DNA from: Rhodanobacteraceae bacterium
GTDB taxonomy: Bacteria > Pseudomonadota > Gammaproteobacteria > Xanthomonadales > Rhodanobacteraceae
Length of the DNA: 50,204 nucleotides
Assembly: GCA_035277545.1 (NCBI GenBank)
Contig: DATEKI010000280.1
Coordinates: 1 to 50,204, forward strand
Reading direction: 5' to 3'
Shown: positions 9,371-17,228 of the stretch, in pieces
Position numbering within the stretch: position 1 is the stretch's first letter
How the letters are laid out: every line of letters starts with the position of its first letter
The notes under the pieces: generated by a model
Told to the model about the DNA's origin: nothing
Seen by the model: only the letters and a program-made list of their open reading frames with translations
The model's database searches: none
Made by a program: the position numbers and the translations under genes

Positions 9371-9985
9371 TCAAGTCGCGCTGCCGAACCCGGAGCCGGT
9401 GAAATCGATGCGCGGCGGTTGGCCCGCCACGTCCAGCAGCACCTGCGCGTAGGGTTCGTCGAAGCTCACCGTGGAAATCTCGTCCCAGCCGAAGAAAGAC
9501 GGCTCGCGCAGCCATTCGGCGTCGGGCGTGATTTCCTGCAGCGTGAAGCCGTCGTCCTCGATGCCGAGCGGACGGCCGATGTAGCACACCTCGTGTTCGT
9601 CCTCGGTATCGACGTGCACGCACATCACCGCCGCGTACTCGGCCGCCGCGCGCACCACTTGGGTGACGTCGTCCAGCGGAAAGTTGCGTGGCAGGCGCGG
9701 GTGGATGTTGCGGATCGCCAGCGCCTTCTCGATGAAGACGTGGTGGCTGTCCGGCGCTTCGACTTCGGTGATGTCGGCCAGCCGCATCGCGTACAGGCCG
9801 TCGAAGCTGATCTGGTCGCCGACCACCCACAGCAGCAGCCATTCCCTGCCCATGCCGGCGAGGTAACCGCAGAAACTGCCGTCCTCGATATTGTTGCGCC
9901 ACACCCGCACCAATTCGCCGCGCTGCATGGCGCCGCGCAGCTTCGGGCGCGGACTCTCGGACTCGAATTTCAGGACCTTGCCCAT
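9371..9985 (-). CDS. Hypothetical acidic cytoplasmic protein (204 aa) with an apparent internal two-fold repeat
   Basis: This is a clean ORF with ATG 9985, on the same strand as hslU upstream and mprF downstream. The two halves share a pattern (...FCGYLAGMGREWLLLWVVGDQISFDGLYAMRLADITEVE and ...VCYIGRPLGIEDDGFTLQEITPDAEWLREPSFFGWDEISTVS). No family was recognised. Confidence 0.55.
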   Translation of the reverse strand: MGKVLKFESESPRPKLRGAMQRGELVRVWRNNIEDGSFCGYLAGMGREWLLLWVVGDQISFDGLYAMRLADITEVEAPDSHHVFIEKALAIRNIHPRLPRNFPLDDVTQVVRAAAEYAAVMCVHVDTEDEHEVCYIGRPLGIEDDGFTLQEITPDAEWLREPSFFGWDEISTVSFDEPYAQVLLDVAGQPPRIDFTGSGFGSAT

Positions 9986-10031
9986 GGTGTCATTCTAGCT
10001 GGAGAGGGCAGGGGGTGCCCGGCTGCGGGTC

Positions 10032-11375
10032 TCACAGGATGTAGCGGGACAGATCTTCGTTGGATGCCAGATCTTTGAGGTTTTTGTCCACGTATTCGGC
10101 GTCGATCGAGTAACGTTCGCCGCTTTTGTCCGCGGCCTCGAACGAGATCGACTCCAGTAGCCGCTCCATGACCGTCTGCAAGCGACGGGCGCCGATGTTT
10201 TCGGTGCTTTCGTTCACCTTGAACGCCACTTCGGCCAGCTTGGCGATGCCGTCGCCGGTGAATTCCAGCTTCACGCCCTCGGTGTTCAGCATGGCGGCGT
10301 ATTGCTTGGTCAGGGCGTTGTGCGGCTCGGAAAGAATCCGCTCGAAATCCTTCACCGACAGCGCCGACAGCTCCACGCGGATGGGCAGGCGCCCCTGCAG
10401 TTCAGGGATCAGGTCGGAAGGCTTCGCCATCGAGAACGCACCCGAGGCGATGAACAGCACGTGGTCGGTCTTGACCGGGCCGTATTTGGTCGAAACGGTC
10501 GAGCCTTCGACCAGCGGCAACAGGTCACGCTGCACGCCCTCGCGCGAAACCCCGGCGCCGCCCCAGTCGCTGCGCTGCGCGACCTTGTCGATCTCGTCGA
10601 TGAAGACGATGCCGTTCTGCTCGCAGTTCTCGATCGCCTGCGCGCGCAGTTCGTCGTCGTTGAGCAGCTTGCCGGCTTCCTCGTCGATCAGCATCGGCCG
10701 CGCAGCCTTGATCTTGAGCTTGCGCTTCTGGCTCTTGCCACCGCCCATGCTCTGGAACATCGAACTCAGTTGCTGCGACATTTCCTCCATGCCGGGCGGC
10801 GCCATGATCTGGACGCCAACGTTCATCGCGAACTCGAGTTCGATCTCGCGTTCGTCCAGCGCGCCCTCGTGCAACTGCTTGCGCAGCTTGCCGCGCGTGG
10901 AGGAGTCGGATTCGACTTGTTGCTCGTCGCCTTGCTGATCCCAGCCGCCGCTTTGCTCGCGACGCGGCAGCAGTGCATCGAGGATGCGTTCGTCGGCGTG
11001 TTCCTCGGCCTGCGATTTCACGCGCTCCTTGGCCTGGTCGCGGGTGAGCTTGTAGGCGACGTCGGCGAGGTCGCGCACGATGGAATCCACGTCCTTGCCG
11101 ACGTAGCCGACCTCGGTGAACTTGGTCGCTTCCACCTTCACGAATGGCGCTTTCGCGAGCGTCGCGAGGCGCCGCGCGATTTCGGTCTTGCCGACGCCGG
11201 TCGGTCCGATCATCAGGATGTTCTTGGGCGTCACTTCGTTGCGGAACGAAGGTTCGAGCTGCATCCGCCGCCAGCGGTCGCGCAGGGCGATCGCCACCGC
11301 GCGCTTGGCGTTGTGCTGGCCGATGATGAAGCGGTCGAGTTCATTGACGATTTCGCGAGGGGTGAGTTCGGACAT
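10032..11375 (-). CDS. hslU: ATP-dependent protease ATPase subunit HslU
   Basis: [20 protein letters not shown], the Walker A motif [15 protein letters not shown] and the C-terminus EDLSRYIL all match HslU. I chose ATG 11375 because the longer ORF (to 11408) runs into a REP element. Confidence 0.95.
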   Translation of the reverse strand: MSELTPREIVNELDRFIIGQHNAKRAVAIALRDRWRRMQLEPSFRNEVTPKNILMIGPTGVGKTEIARRLATLAKAPFVKVEATKFTEVGYVGKDVDSIVRDLADVAYKLTRDQAKERVKSQAEEHADERILDALLPRREQSGGWDQQGDEQQVESDSSTRGKLRKQLHEGALDEREIELEFAMNVGVQIMAPPGMEEMSQQLSSMFQSMGGGKSQKRKLKIKAARPMLIDEEAGKLLNDDELRAQAIENCEQNGIVFIDEIDKVAQRSDWGGAGVSREGVQRDLLPLVEGSTVSTKYGPVKTDHVLFIASGAFSMAKPSDLIPELQGRLPIRVELSALSVKDFERILSEPHNALTKQYAAMLNTEGVKLEFTGDGIAKLAEVAFKVNESTENIGARRLQTVMERLLESISFEAADKSGERYSIDAEYVDKNLKDLASNEDLSRYIL

Positions 11376-11401
11376 GGGAATTGAGTCGGTAGGAAGGTTC
11401 G

Positions 11402-11477
11402 TCGTCATTCCGGCGCGAGCCGGAATCCAGGTCGCGTGTGTATTGAAAATGGATCCTGGCCTGCGCCGGGATGACGA
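11402..11477. repeat. Inverted pair of REP units in the hslV-hslU spacer
   Basis: TCGTCATTCCGGCGCGAGCCGGAATCC (11402-11428) and GGATCCTGGCCTGCGCCGGGATGACGA (11451-11477) are near reverse complements. Each unit is itself a hairpin. They share the CGTCATTCCGG end with the 3920-4112 cluster. Confidence 0.6.
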
Positions 11478-11478
11478 A

Positions 11479-12015
11479 TCAAAGTTCTTCGATCGTCACG
11501 TTGTGGTTGGTATAGATGCAGATGTCGCCGGCGATGCCCAGCGCTTTTTCGACGATGGCGCGCGCGTCCAGGTCGGAGTTGTCCAGCAATGCCTTCGCCG
11601 CGGCCTGGGCGTAGGGACCGCCGGAACCGATCGCGATCAGGCCGTGTTCGGGTTCCAGCACGTCGCCGTTGCCCGAGATCAGCAACGACGCCTCCTTGTC
11701 GGCGACCGCCAGCATGGCTTCGAGTCGACCCAGCCGCCGGTCGGTCCGCCATTCCTTGGCCAGCTCCACCGCGGCGCGGGTCAACTGGCCGTTGTGCTTG
11801 GCGAGCTTGTCCTCGAACAGCTCGAACAGCGTGAAGGCATCGGCGGTCGCGCCGGCGAAGCCGGCCAGCACGTCGGAATTCTTGCCTAAACGCCGGATCT
11901 TGCGCGCATTGGCCTTGACCACGGTGTTGCCCAGCGTGACCTGGCCGTCGCCGCCTAGGACGACCTTGCCGTTCTTGCGCACGGACAGGATGGTGGTGGC
12001 GTGGAATGATTCCAT
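11479..12015 (-). CDS. hslV: ATP-dependent protease subunit HslV
   Basis: [43 protein letters not shown] contains the catalytic Thr-Thr N-terminal region. ATG 12015 is the start, and the extension to 12051 is rejected. Confidence 0.95.
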   Translation of the reverse strand: MESFHATTILSVRKNGKVVLGGDGQVTLGNTVVKANARKIRRLGKNSDVLAGFAGATADAFTLFELFEDKLAKHNGQLTRAAVELAKEWRTDRRLGRLEAMLAVADKEASLLISGNGDVLEPEHGLIAIGSGGPYAQAAAKALLDNSDLDARAIVEKALGIAGDICIYTNHNVTIEEL

Positions 12016-12050
12016 GGACGCCTCGTGTGGTGGTGGATCCGGATGCGGCA

Positions 12051-12080
12051 AACGTGGGGGCGGTGTGCAGTGATGGCAAG
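12051..12080 (-). promoter_or_regulatory. Candidate sigma32 (heat-shock) promoter for hslVU
   Basis: The minus strand reads CTTGCCA-N14-CCCCACGT, against the E. coli sigma32 consensus CTTGAAA-N13-17-CCCCATNT. It ends about 35 nt upstream of the hslV ATG. Confidence 0.4.
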
Positions 12081-12365
12081 CGCATCGGGGAATCCCGGTC
12101 CTGGTTGGTTCGCAGCCTTTCTGGGCGCTCGTGCACAGGGGAACCGCCGAGCTCGATGCTGGCTGGCGGCTGAACCGCGTCCGTCGATGGCGCCGCCGCG
12201 CTACCCGAGTGCATTGCGTGATCCAAATGTGACGAGTATTGTTAAAGCGTGGTTAATGGACGAGGCGGTTTCCGGCGCAGTGCAGGGGTGCGCGCCGCAA
12301 GCCGCAGCTTTGATGCGGCACAAGCATCGCACTGATGTTTTCCCACACTTCGCCGGGGAGTATCC

Positions 12366-15209
12366 ATGACTCACAAACAGAACCGCTTGTCGCTGGCCGT
12401 GCGCGTTGGTTTGACTGCAGGCCTTGTCGCCGTCGCTGGCATGGCGCAGGCGCAACAACAGGCGCCTGATCAACAGACGCAGACAAAAGGCCAACCGAAG
12501 ACGCTGCAAACGGTGGTCGTCACCGGTTCGCTGATCCGACGCGTCGATACCGAAACCGCCAGTCCGGTCACGATCATCGATCGCCGGAACATCACCAGCT
12601 CCGGCAAGCCGACCTTGGGCGACGTGGTGCAGCAATTGCCCAGCATCGCCGGCGCCGCCACCAATCCGCAAAACAACAGCAATGGCGGCGGTGTGGCCTC
12701 GCCGTTGACCGAGGGCGGCGACGGCGCCTCGCGCGTTTCGCTCCGCGGCTTGGGCGTGAGCCGTACGCTGGTGCTGATCGACGGCCAGCGCATGCTCAAC
12801 GCCGACTTGAACCTGATTCCGCAGAACATGGTGCAGCGCATCGACGTGCTGGCCGAGGGCGCTTCGACGACCTACGGTTCGGATGCCGTTGGCGGCGTGG
12901 TCAACATCCTGCTTCGCCATGATTTCGATGGCGCGGAGATGAGCTTCAATGGCGGCGTCTCCGGCCATGGCGATGGGCAGCGTCACGGCTTCAGCCTGAC
13001 CATGGGCCACAGCGGCGATCGCTACAACATCGTCGGTGGCTTGGATTACAACAAGTACAACGCCGTGTCCGACGCGCGCCGTGAATTCTCTGCGCACCAG
13101 TTGTACCTGTACGACGGGGCGGTCAGCGTGGCGGGTTCCAGCTCGATCCCGAATGGCCGGCTTTCGATACCCGCGTCCTTCGCCGCCCAATACGGATGCA
13201 CGCCCAACTCATCGGGCCTCATCACGGTGACGCGGGACAGCGGCGATGGTACGGCGCTTGGCGACTATCGCTGCCGCACTTCGAGCGACACGTTCAACTA
13301 CGCCGCCTACAACTACATCCAGGTCCAGCAGCAGCGAACCGATGGTTTCGTGCTGGGCAGCTACAACCTGACCGACAACATCACGGCGTTCGTCGATGCC
13401 TTCTACAACCATACCTCGTCGGCCGGCCAGGACGCGTCGATTCCCGTCGGCACCGGTGACGGCCTGGTGATTCCTTCGACGGCACCATTCAATCCATTCG
13501 GGCTGACCTTCAGTCCCAACCCGATTCCCGGCGATCCGAACAGCGGCTACGTGTTCCAAGGTCGCCTCACCGGCATCGGCACCCGCATCCATCCCTATAT
13601 CACCAGCACCGGCCAATTGATCGCCGGGTTGCGCGGCGCGATCGGCCAAAGCAGCTGGAACTGGAACGTCACGTTCGACTATGGCCATACCGCACGTACC
13701 CAGATCGACAAGAACGAGCTGTACATCCCCGCGCTGCAGGCGGCCATCGATGCCGGTGCCAACATCTTCGACCAGCAGGCGAATGGTCCGGCGCTGTCCG
13801 CGGGCGCGCTGGATGCTGTCTACCGGAAGAACGAGAACCTGCGACAGATCAGCGCGGGCGCCAATGGCGACCTGTTCTCGTTGCCTGCCGGGAATGTGCA
13901 GTTGGCGGTCGGCGCGTTGTATCGCAAGCAGAGCATGAACTACACGATCAACCCGCTCGCCTTGCTGGATCCGACGACGGGTATCTGCCAAATCTCGCAG
14001 GAAGCCTGCGGTTCGCCGGGGAGCGGCAAGGACGACGTCACGGAAGCCTTCGCCGAAACCCTGATCCCGTTGTTGAAGGAGGTGCCCGGCGCCTACTCGC
14101 TGAACCTCGACCTGGGCGTGCGCTACTCCGACTACAACAGTGCAGGGTCCACGACGAACGGCAAGATCGCCATCGAATGGCGTCCGATCCAGGACCTGCT
14201 GGTGCGCGGCACGATCTCGCAGGTGTTCCGTGCGCCCAATCTCGACGACCTTTACGACGGGCGTTCCATCGACCAGCCCACCCTGAACGACCCCTGCGCG
14301 CATCTTTCATCCGCAGAGCTTGCGCAGCATCCTTCCGCGTGCCAGTACGTGCCGCCGAACTGGGCAGGAAACAATCCGGCGCAGATCAACGATTACTATT
14401 CCGGCGCCAACGTCATGGGCATCAAGCTCAAGCCCGAGCACGGCAAGTCGGTGGATTTCGGACTGGTCTACAACCCAAGCTGGGCGCCGGGCCTGAACAC
14501 CAGCGTCGATTTCTGGCACATCTACCTGTATGACACGCTGGTGCCGATCAACGGCATCACCGTGGTCAACGCTTGCTTCAACAACGAAGCCAGTCCGTTC
14601 TGCCCGTACATCCATCGCTACGACAACACGACCAAGCAACCCGGCCAGGTCTTCTGGATCGATGCGCCGGTACTCAACCTCGGTACCCTTAGTACCAGTG
14701 GTATCGATTTCACCGCCAATTACAAGCTCCCGCACTTCGACTTCGGCGGTTTCAATCCGGGCGACTTCAGGCTCGGTCTGGCGACCAGCTACATCTCCAC
14801 CTTCAACAACAACAAGACTCCTGGAGCTCCGGGTTCCACCGTCGACAAGCTTGCGGGTACCTGGAACGCGCAGTTCGGCAATGTCTCGCGTTGGCGCGCG
14901 ACGGCCACGCTGGGCTGGAACCGCGGCAACTGGGATGCCCAGTGGCGCACCCGTTACATCAGCGGCGTCACCGCCTTGAATGCGGATTACGTGACTGGAG
15001 CGAGTATCCCCGTTGCCTCGGTGGTGTACAGCGATCTGCAACTGGGTTACGCCGTACCCGCCATCCACACCCGTTTCGATGTGGGCGCCGACAACGTGTT
15101 CGGCAGGCGGCCACCGTTGATCTACCAGAACGGGCAGGGCAACACGGATGGCGCCACCTACGACATGATGGGCCGGTACTACTGGGCGAAGGCGACGCTG
15201 AAGTTCTAG
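12366..15209 (+). CDS. TonB-dependent outer-membrane receptor (947 aa)
   Basis: It has a signal peptide ending AGMAQA, a TonB-box-like TLQTVVVTGSLI, plug motifs (VSLRGLGVSRTLVLIDGQR) and the C-terminal YYWAKATLKF with a terminal Phe. GGGGAG lies upstream of the ATG. Confidence 0.9.
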   Translation: MTHKQNRLSLAVRVGLTAGLVAVAGMAQAQQQAPDQQTQTKGQPKTLQTVVVTGSLIRRVDTETASPVTIIDRRNITSSGKPTLGDVVQQLPSIAGAATNPQNNSNGGGVASPLTEGGDGASRVSLRGLGVSRTLVLIDGQRMLNADLNLIPQNMVQRIDVLAEGASTTYGSDAVGGVVNILLRHDFDGAEMSFNGGVSGHGDGQRHGFSLTMGHSGDRYNIVGGLDYNKYNAVSDARREFSAHQLYLYDGAVSVAGSSSIPNGRLSIPASFAAQYGCTPNSSGLITVTRDSGDGTALGDYRCRTSSDTFNYAAYNYIQVQQQRTDGFVLGSYNLTDNITAFVDAFYNHTSSAGQDASIPVGTGDGLVIPSTAPFNPFGLTFSPNPIPGDPNSGYVFQGRLTGIGTRIHPYITSTGQLIAGLRGAIGQSSWNWNVTFDYGHTARTQIDKNELYIPALQAAIDAGANIFDQQANGPALSAGALDAVYRKNENLRQISAGANGDLFSLPAGNVQLAVGALYRKQSMNYTINPLALLDPTTGICQISQEACGSPGSGKDDVTEAFAETLIPLLKEVPGAYSLNLDLGVRYSDYNSAGSTTNGKIAIEWRPIQDLLVRGTISQVFRAPNLDDLYDGRSIDQPTLNDPCAHLSSAELAQHPSACQYVPPNWAGNNPAQINDYYSGANVMGIKLKPEHGKSVDFGLVYNPSWAPGLNTSVDFWHIYLYDTLVPINGITVVNACFNNEASPFCPYIHRYDNTTKQPGQVFWIDAPVLNLGTLSTSGIDFTANYKLPHFDFGGFNPGDFRLGLATSYISTFNNNKTPGAPGSTVDKLAGTWNAQFGNVSRWRATATLGWNRGNWDAQWRTRYISGVTALNADYVTGASIPVASVVYSDLQLGYAVPAIHTRFDVGADNVFGRRPPLIYQNGQGNTDGATYDMMGRYYWAKATLKF

Positions 15210-15239
15210 GCCTTCGTGCGGGCGGCATTCGAACCGGAC

Positions 15240-15270
15240 AAGGGCGCCGTGCAAGCGGCGCCCTTTTTTG
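15240..15270 (+). terminator. Rho-independent terminator after the first TonB-dependent receptor
   Basis: GGGCGCCG-TGCAAG-CGGCGCCC (an 8-bp GC stem, 15242-15263) is followed by TTTTTT (15264-15269). Confidence 0.75.
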
Positions 15271-15311
15271 CGTCCGTTAAAGTGGTGCCATTGCTGCAGG
15301 ACTGATTTCAC

Positions 15312-17174
15312 ATGACCGTTCCGATCGCCTCGATCGTCGAATCCATGGCTGCCGCATGGAATGCGGGCGATGCCAGGCGCGTGCTCGCGTTGGCGACGCA
15401 GGCTTCCGCCGTCGAGGCGGACAACGAAGGGTTCCTCGGATTGCTCGGCGTGGCGCAACAAGAGCTTGGTGCATACCCGCAGGCTGCAAGGACGTTCGAA
15501 CGTCTGGTACACATCCAGCCGGGGGTTCATGCGTGGTGGAACAACCTCGGCGTCGCTTGCCGCCACGCGGGTGAGTTCGCGACGTCCGAACAGGCCCTGC
15601 TCAAGGCCAGGTCGCTGGCGCCCGGCGATGCCGAGGTGCATTACAACCTCGGCCTGCTTTACATCCAGCAGCAGCGCTGGCCGCTGGCGCGCGAGACGTT
15701 GCTGGATGCCGTGCGGCTTGCGCCGCAGTTTGTCGAAGCCCGCCTGGAGGCCGCCCACGCTTGCCATGTCTGCGGGGATATCGAGAGCGAAAGGGCGATG
15801 CTGGAAGGAGCCGACGGCTGGCCGCCGCAGCCGGCAGCGCAGGCGTTGGTGCTCGCTTCGATATTGTCGGTACTGGGGCGGCTGGAAACGGCGTTGCACG
15901 TGTTGGCGAGGGCGCGCGTGCCGGAAGGGCCGGCGGCAGGCACGTTGCGGTTGCGCATCGCCGCTCAGCGCGTTGCGTTGTACGAACGGAACAACTTGCT
16001 CGAACTTGCGCAGCGCGAGCTGCAGCAGGTGCCGATGGACGCCCTGGACGCGTTGCCGGCCGATGCCGTCGATGCGCGTGCCGATGGCTGGCGCGCCCAC
16101 GCGGTGGTGGCGATGCGCGAGGGCCGCCATGCCGATGCGGCCGCACTGTACCAACGCGTCCTGGGCGTGGTCGGCGACGACGAAGGCCGCGCAACGGCCG
16201 CATTCGGCCTCGCCGCCGCGCTCGATCGGCAGGCCCGCCACGACGAAGCGTGGCAGTCGCTCGGGATTGCCCACGCGGCGCAACTTGACGTTGTGCGACA
16301 GGCAGCTCCGGAATTGTTGAAACCGGACAGCCAGCCGCTGCCGATGGTGACGAGCGTAGTGGATGCTGACGCGTTCGCCACGTGGAAGCCGCTGACGGGG
16401 CCGCGCATGGAAAGCAGCCCGGTATTCGTGATCGGGTTTCCGCGCTCCGGCACCACCTTGCTGGAACAGATGCTCGACGCCCACCCGGATTTCCGCTCGA
16501 TGGACGAACGCGGTTTCATCTACAGCCTGGTCGATCGCATGCAGCACGTCGGCCAACGTTACCCGGCCGACCTTGCCGGTCTGCCGCAAGCCGATGCCGA
16601 CCATCTGCGCGCGACCTACTTCGGCATGGTCGCACACGCGTTGCCCGATCTCGGCGGCCACCGGCTGGTCGACAAGAATCCGCTCAACCTGTTGTGCCTG
16701 CCGCTGATCCTGCGCCTGTTCCCCAAGGCACGCATCATCCTTTGCATCCGACACCCCTGCGACGTGCTGTTGAGTTGTTACATGCAGTCCTTCCGCTCGC
16801 CGGCGTTCAGGGCGATGTGCTCGGCGTTGCCCAGGCTTGCGCGCGGCTATGCGGAAGCGTTCGAACAGTGCTGCCGGCACCTCGAGGTTTTCAAGCCGGG
16901 CGTGTTGGAGTGGCGCTACGAATCCGTGGTCGATGATTTCGACGCTGCGGTCACGCGACTCGGGCGATCCCTGGAAGTCGCGGACCCCTCGCCGTTCGCG
17001 GGCTTTGCCGCTCGCGCGCGGGACAAGCAGTTCATCGCGACGCCGAGCTATGCGCAGGTCACGCAACCGGTGAATGCGAAGGCGGTGGGGCGCTGGGTGA
17101 ACTACCGCGAACAGTTTGAACCGGTGCTTCCGGTGCTGCGTCCGTGGATCGAACGTTTCGGCTACGGCGCGTGA
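15312..17174 (+). CDS. TPR-repeat-containing sulfotransferase-family protein (cytoplasmic, PAPS-dependent type)
   Basis: The N-terminal ~330 aa are TPR-like helical repeats. The C-terminal domain carries a 5'-phosphosulfate-binding loop (VFVIGFPRSGTTLLEQML) and a 3'-phosphate motif (IILCIRHPCDVLLS). There is no signal peptide. Confidence 0.85.
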   Translation: MTVPIASIVESMAAAWNAGDARRVLALATQASAVEADNEGFLGLLGVAQQELGAYPQAARTFERLVHIQPGVHAWWNNLGVACRHAGEFATSEQALLKARSLAPGDAEVHYNLGLLYIQQQRWPLARETLLDAVRLAPQFVEARLEAAHACHVCGDIESERAMLEGADGWPPQPAAQALVLASILSVLGRLETALHVLARARVPEGPAAGTLRLRIAAQRVALYERNNLLELAQRELQQVPMDALDALPADAVDARADGWRAHAVVAMREGRHADAAALYQRVLGVVGDDEGRATAAFGLAAALDRQARHDEAWQSLGIAHAAQLDVVRQAAPELLKPDSQPLPMVTSVVDADAFATWKPLTGPRMESSPVFVIGFPRSGTTLLEQMLDAHPDFRSMDERGFIYSLVDRMQHVGQRYPADLAGLPQADADHLRATYFGMVAHALPDLGGHRLVDKNPLNLLCLPLILRLFPKARIILCIRHPCDVLLSCYMQSFRSPAFRAMCSALPRLARGYAEAFEQCCRHLEVFKPGVLEWRYESVVDDFDAAVTRLGRSLEVADPSPFAGFAARARDKQFIATPSYAQVTQPVNAKAVGRWVNYREQFEPVLPVLRPWIERFGYGA

Positions 17175-17199
17175 GCGCCGCAGCCTGCACGCGCCGTAG
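17162..17199. terminator. 12-bp-stem hairpin between convergent genes (possible bidirectional terminator or attenuator)
   Basis: CTACGGCGCGTG (17162-17173) pairs perfectly with CACGCGCCGTAG (17188-17199) across a 14-nt loop. It overlaps the sulfotransferase stop codon (17172-17174). No strong U-tract follows. Confidence 0.35.
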
Positions 17200-17228
17200 T
17201 CGCGGTTTTCCGGATCATTCGCCGCCCG

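Noticed and set aside
12081-12365. A possible riboswitch or Fur box in the 350-bp leader of the first TonB-dependent receptor.
   Set aside because: I could not recognise a cobalamin B12-box, a TPP core or a convincing 19-bp Fur palindrome. There is only a short hairpin (GCCGCA...TGCGGC) and a modestly AT-richer stretch, which is not enough to make a call.
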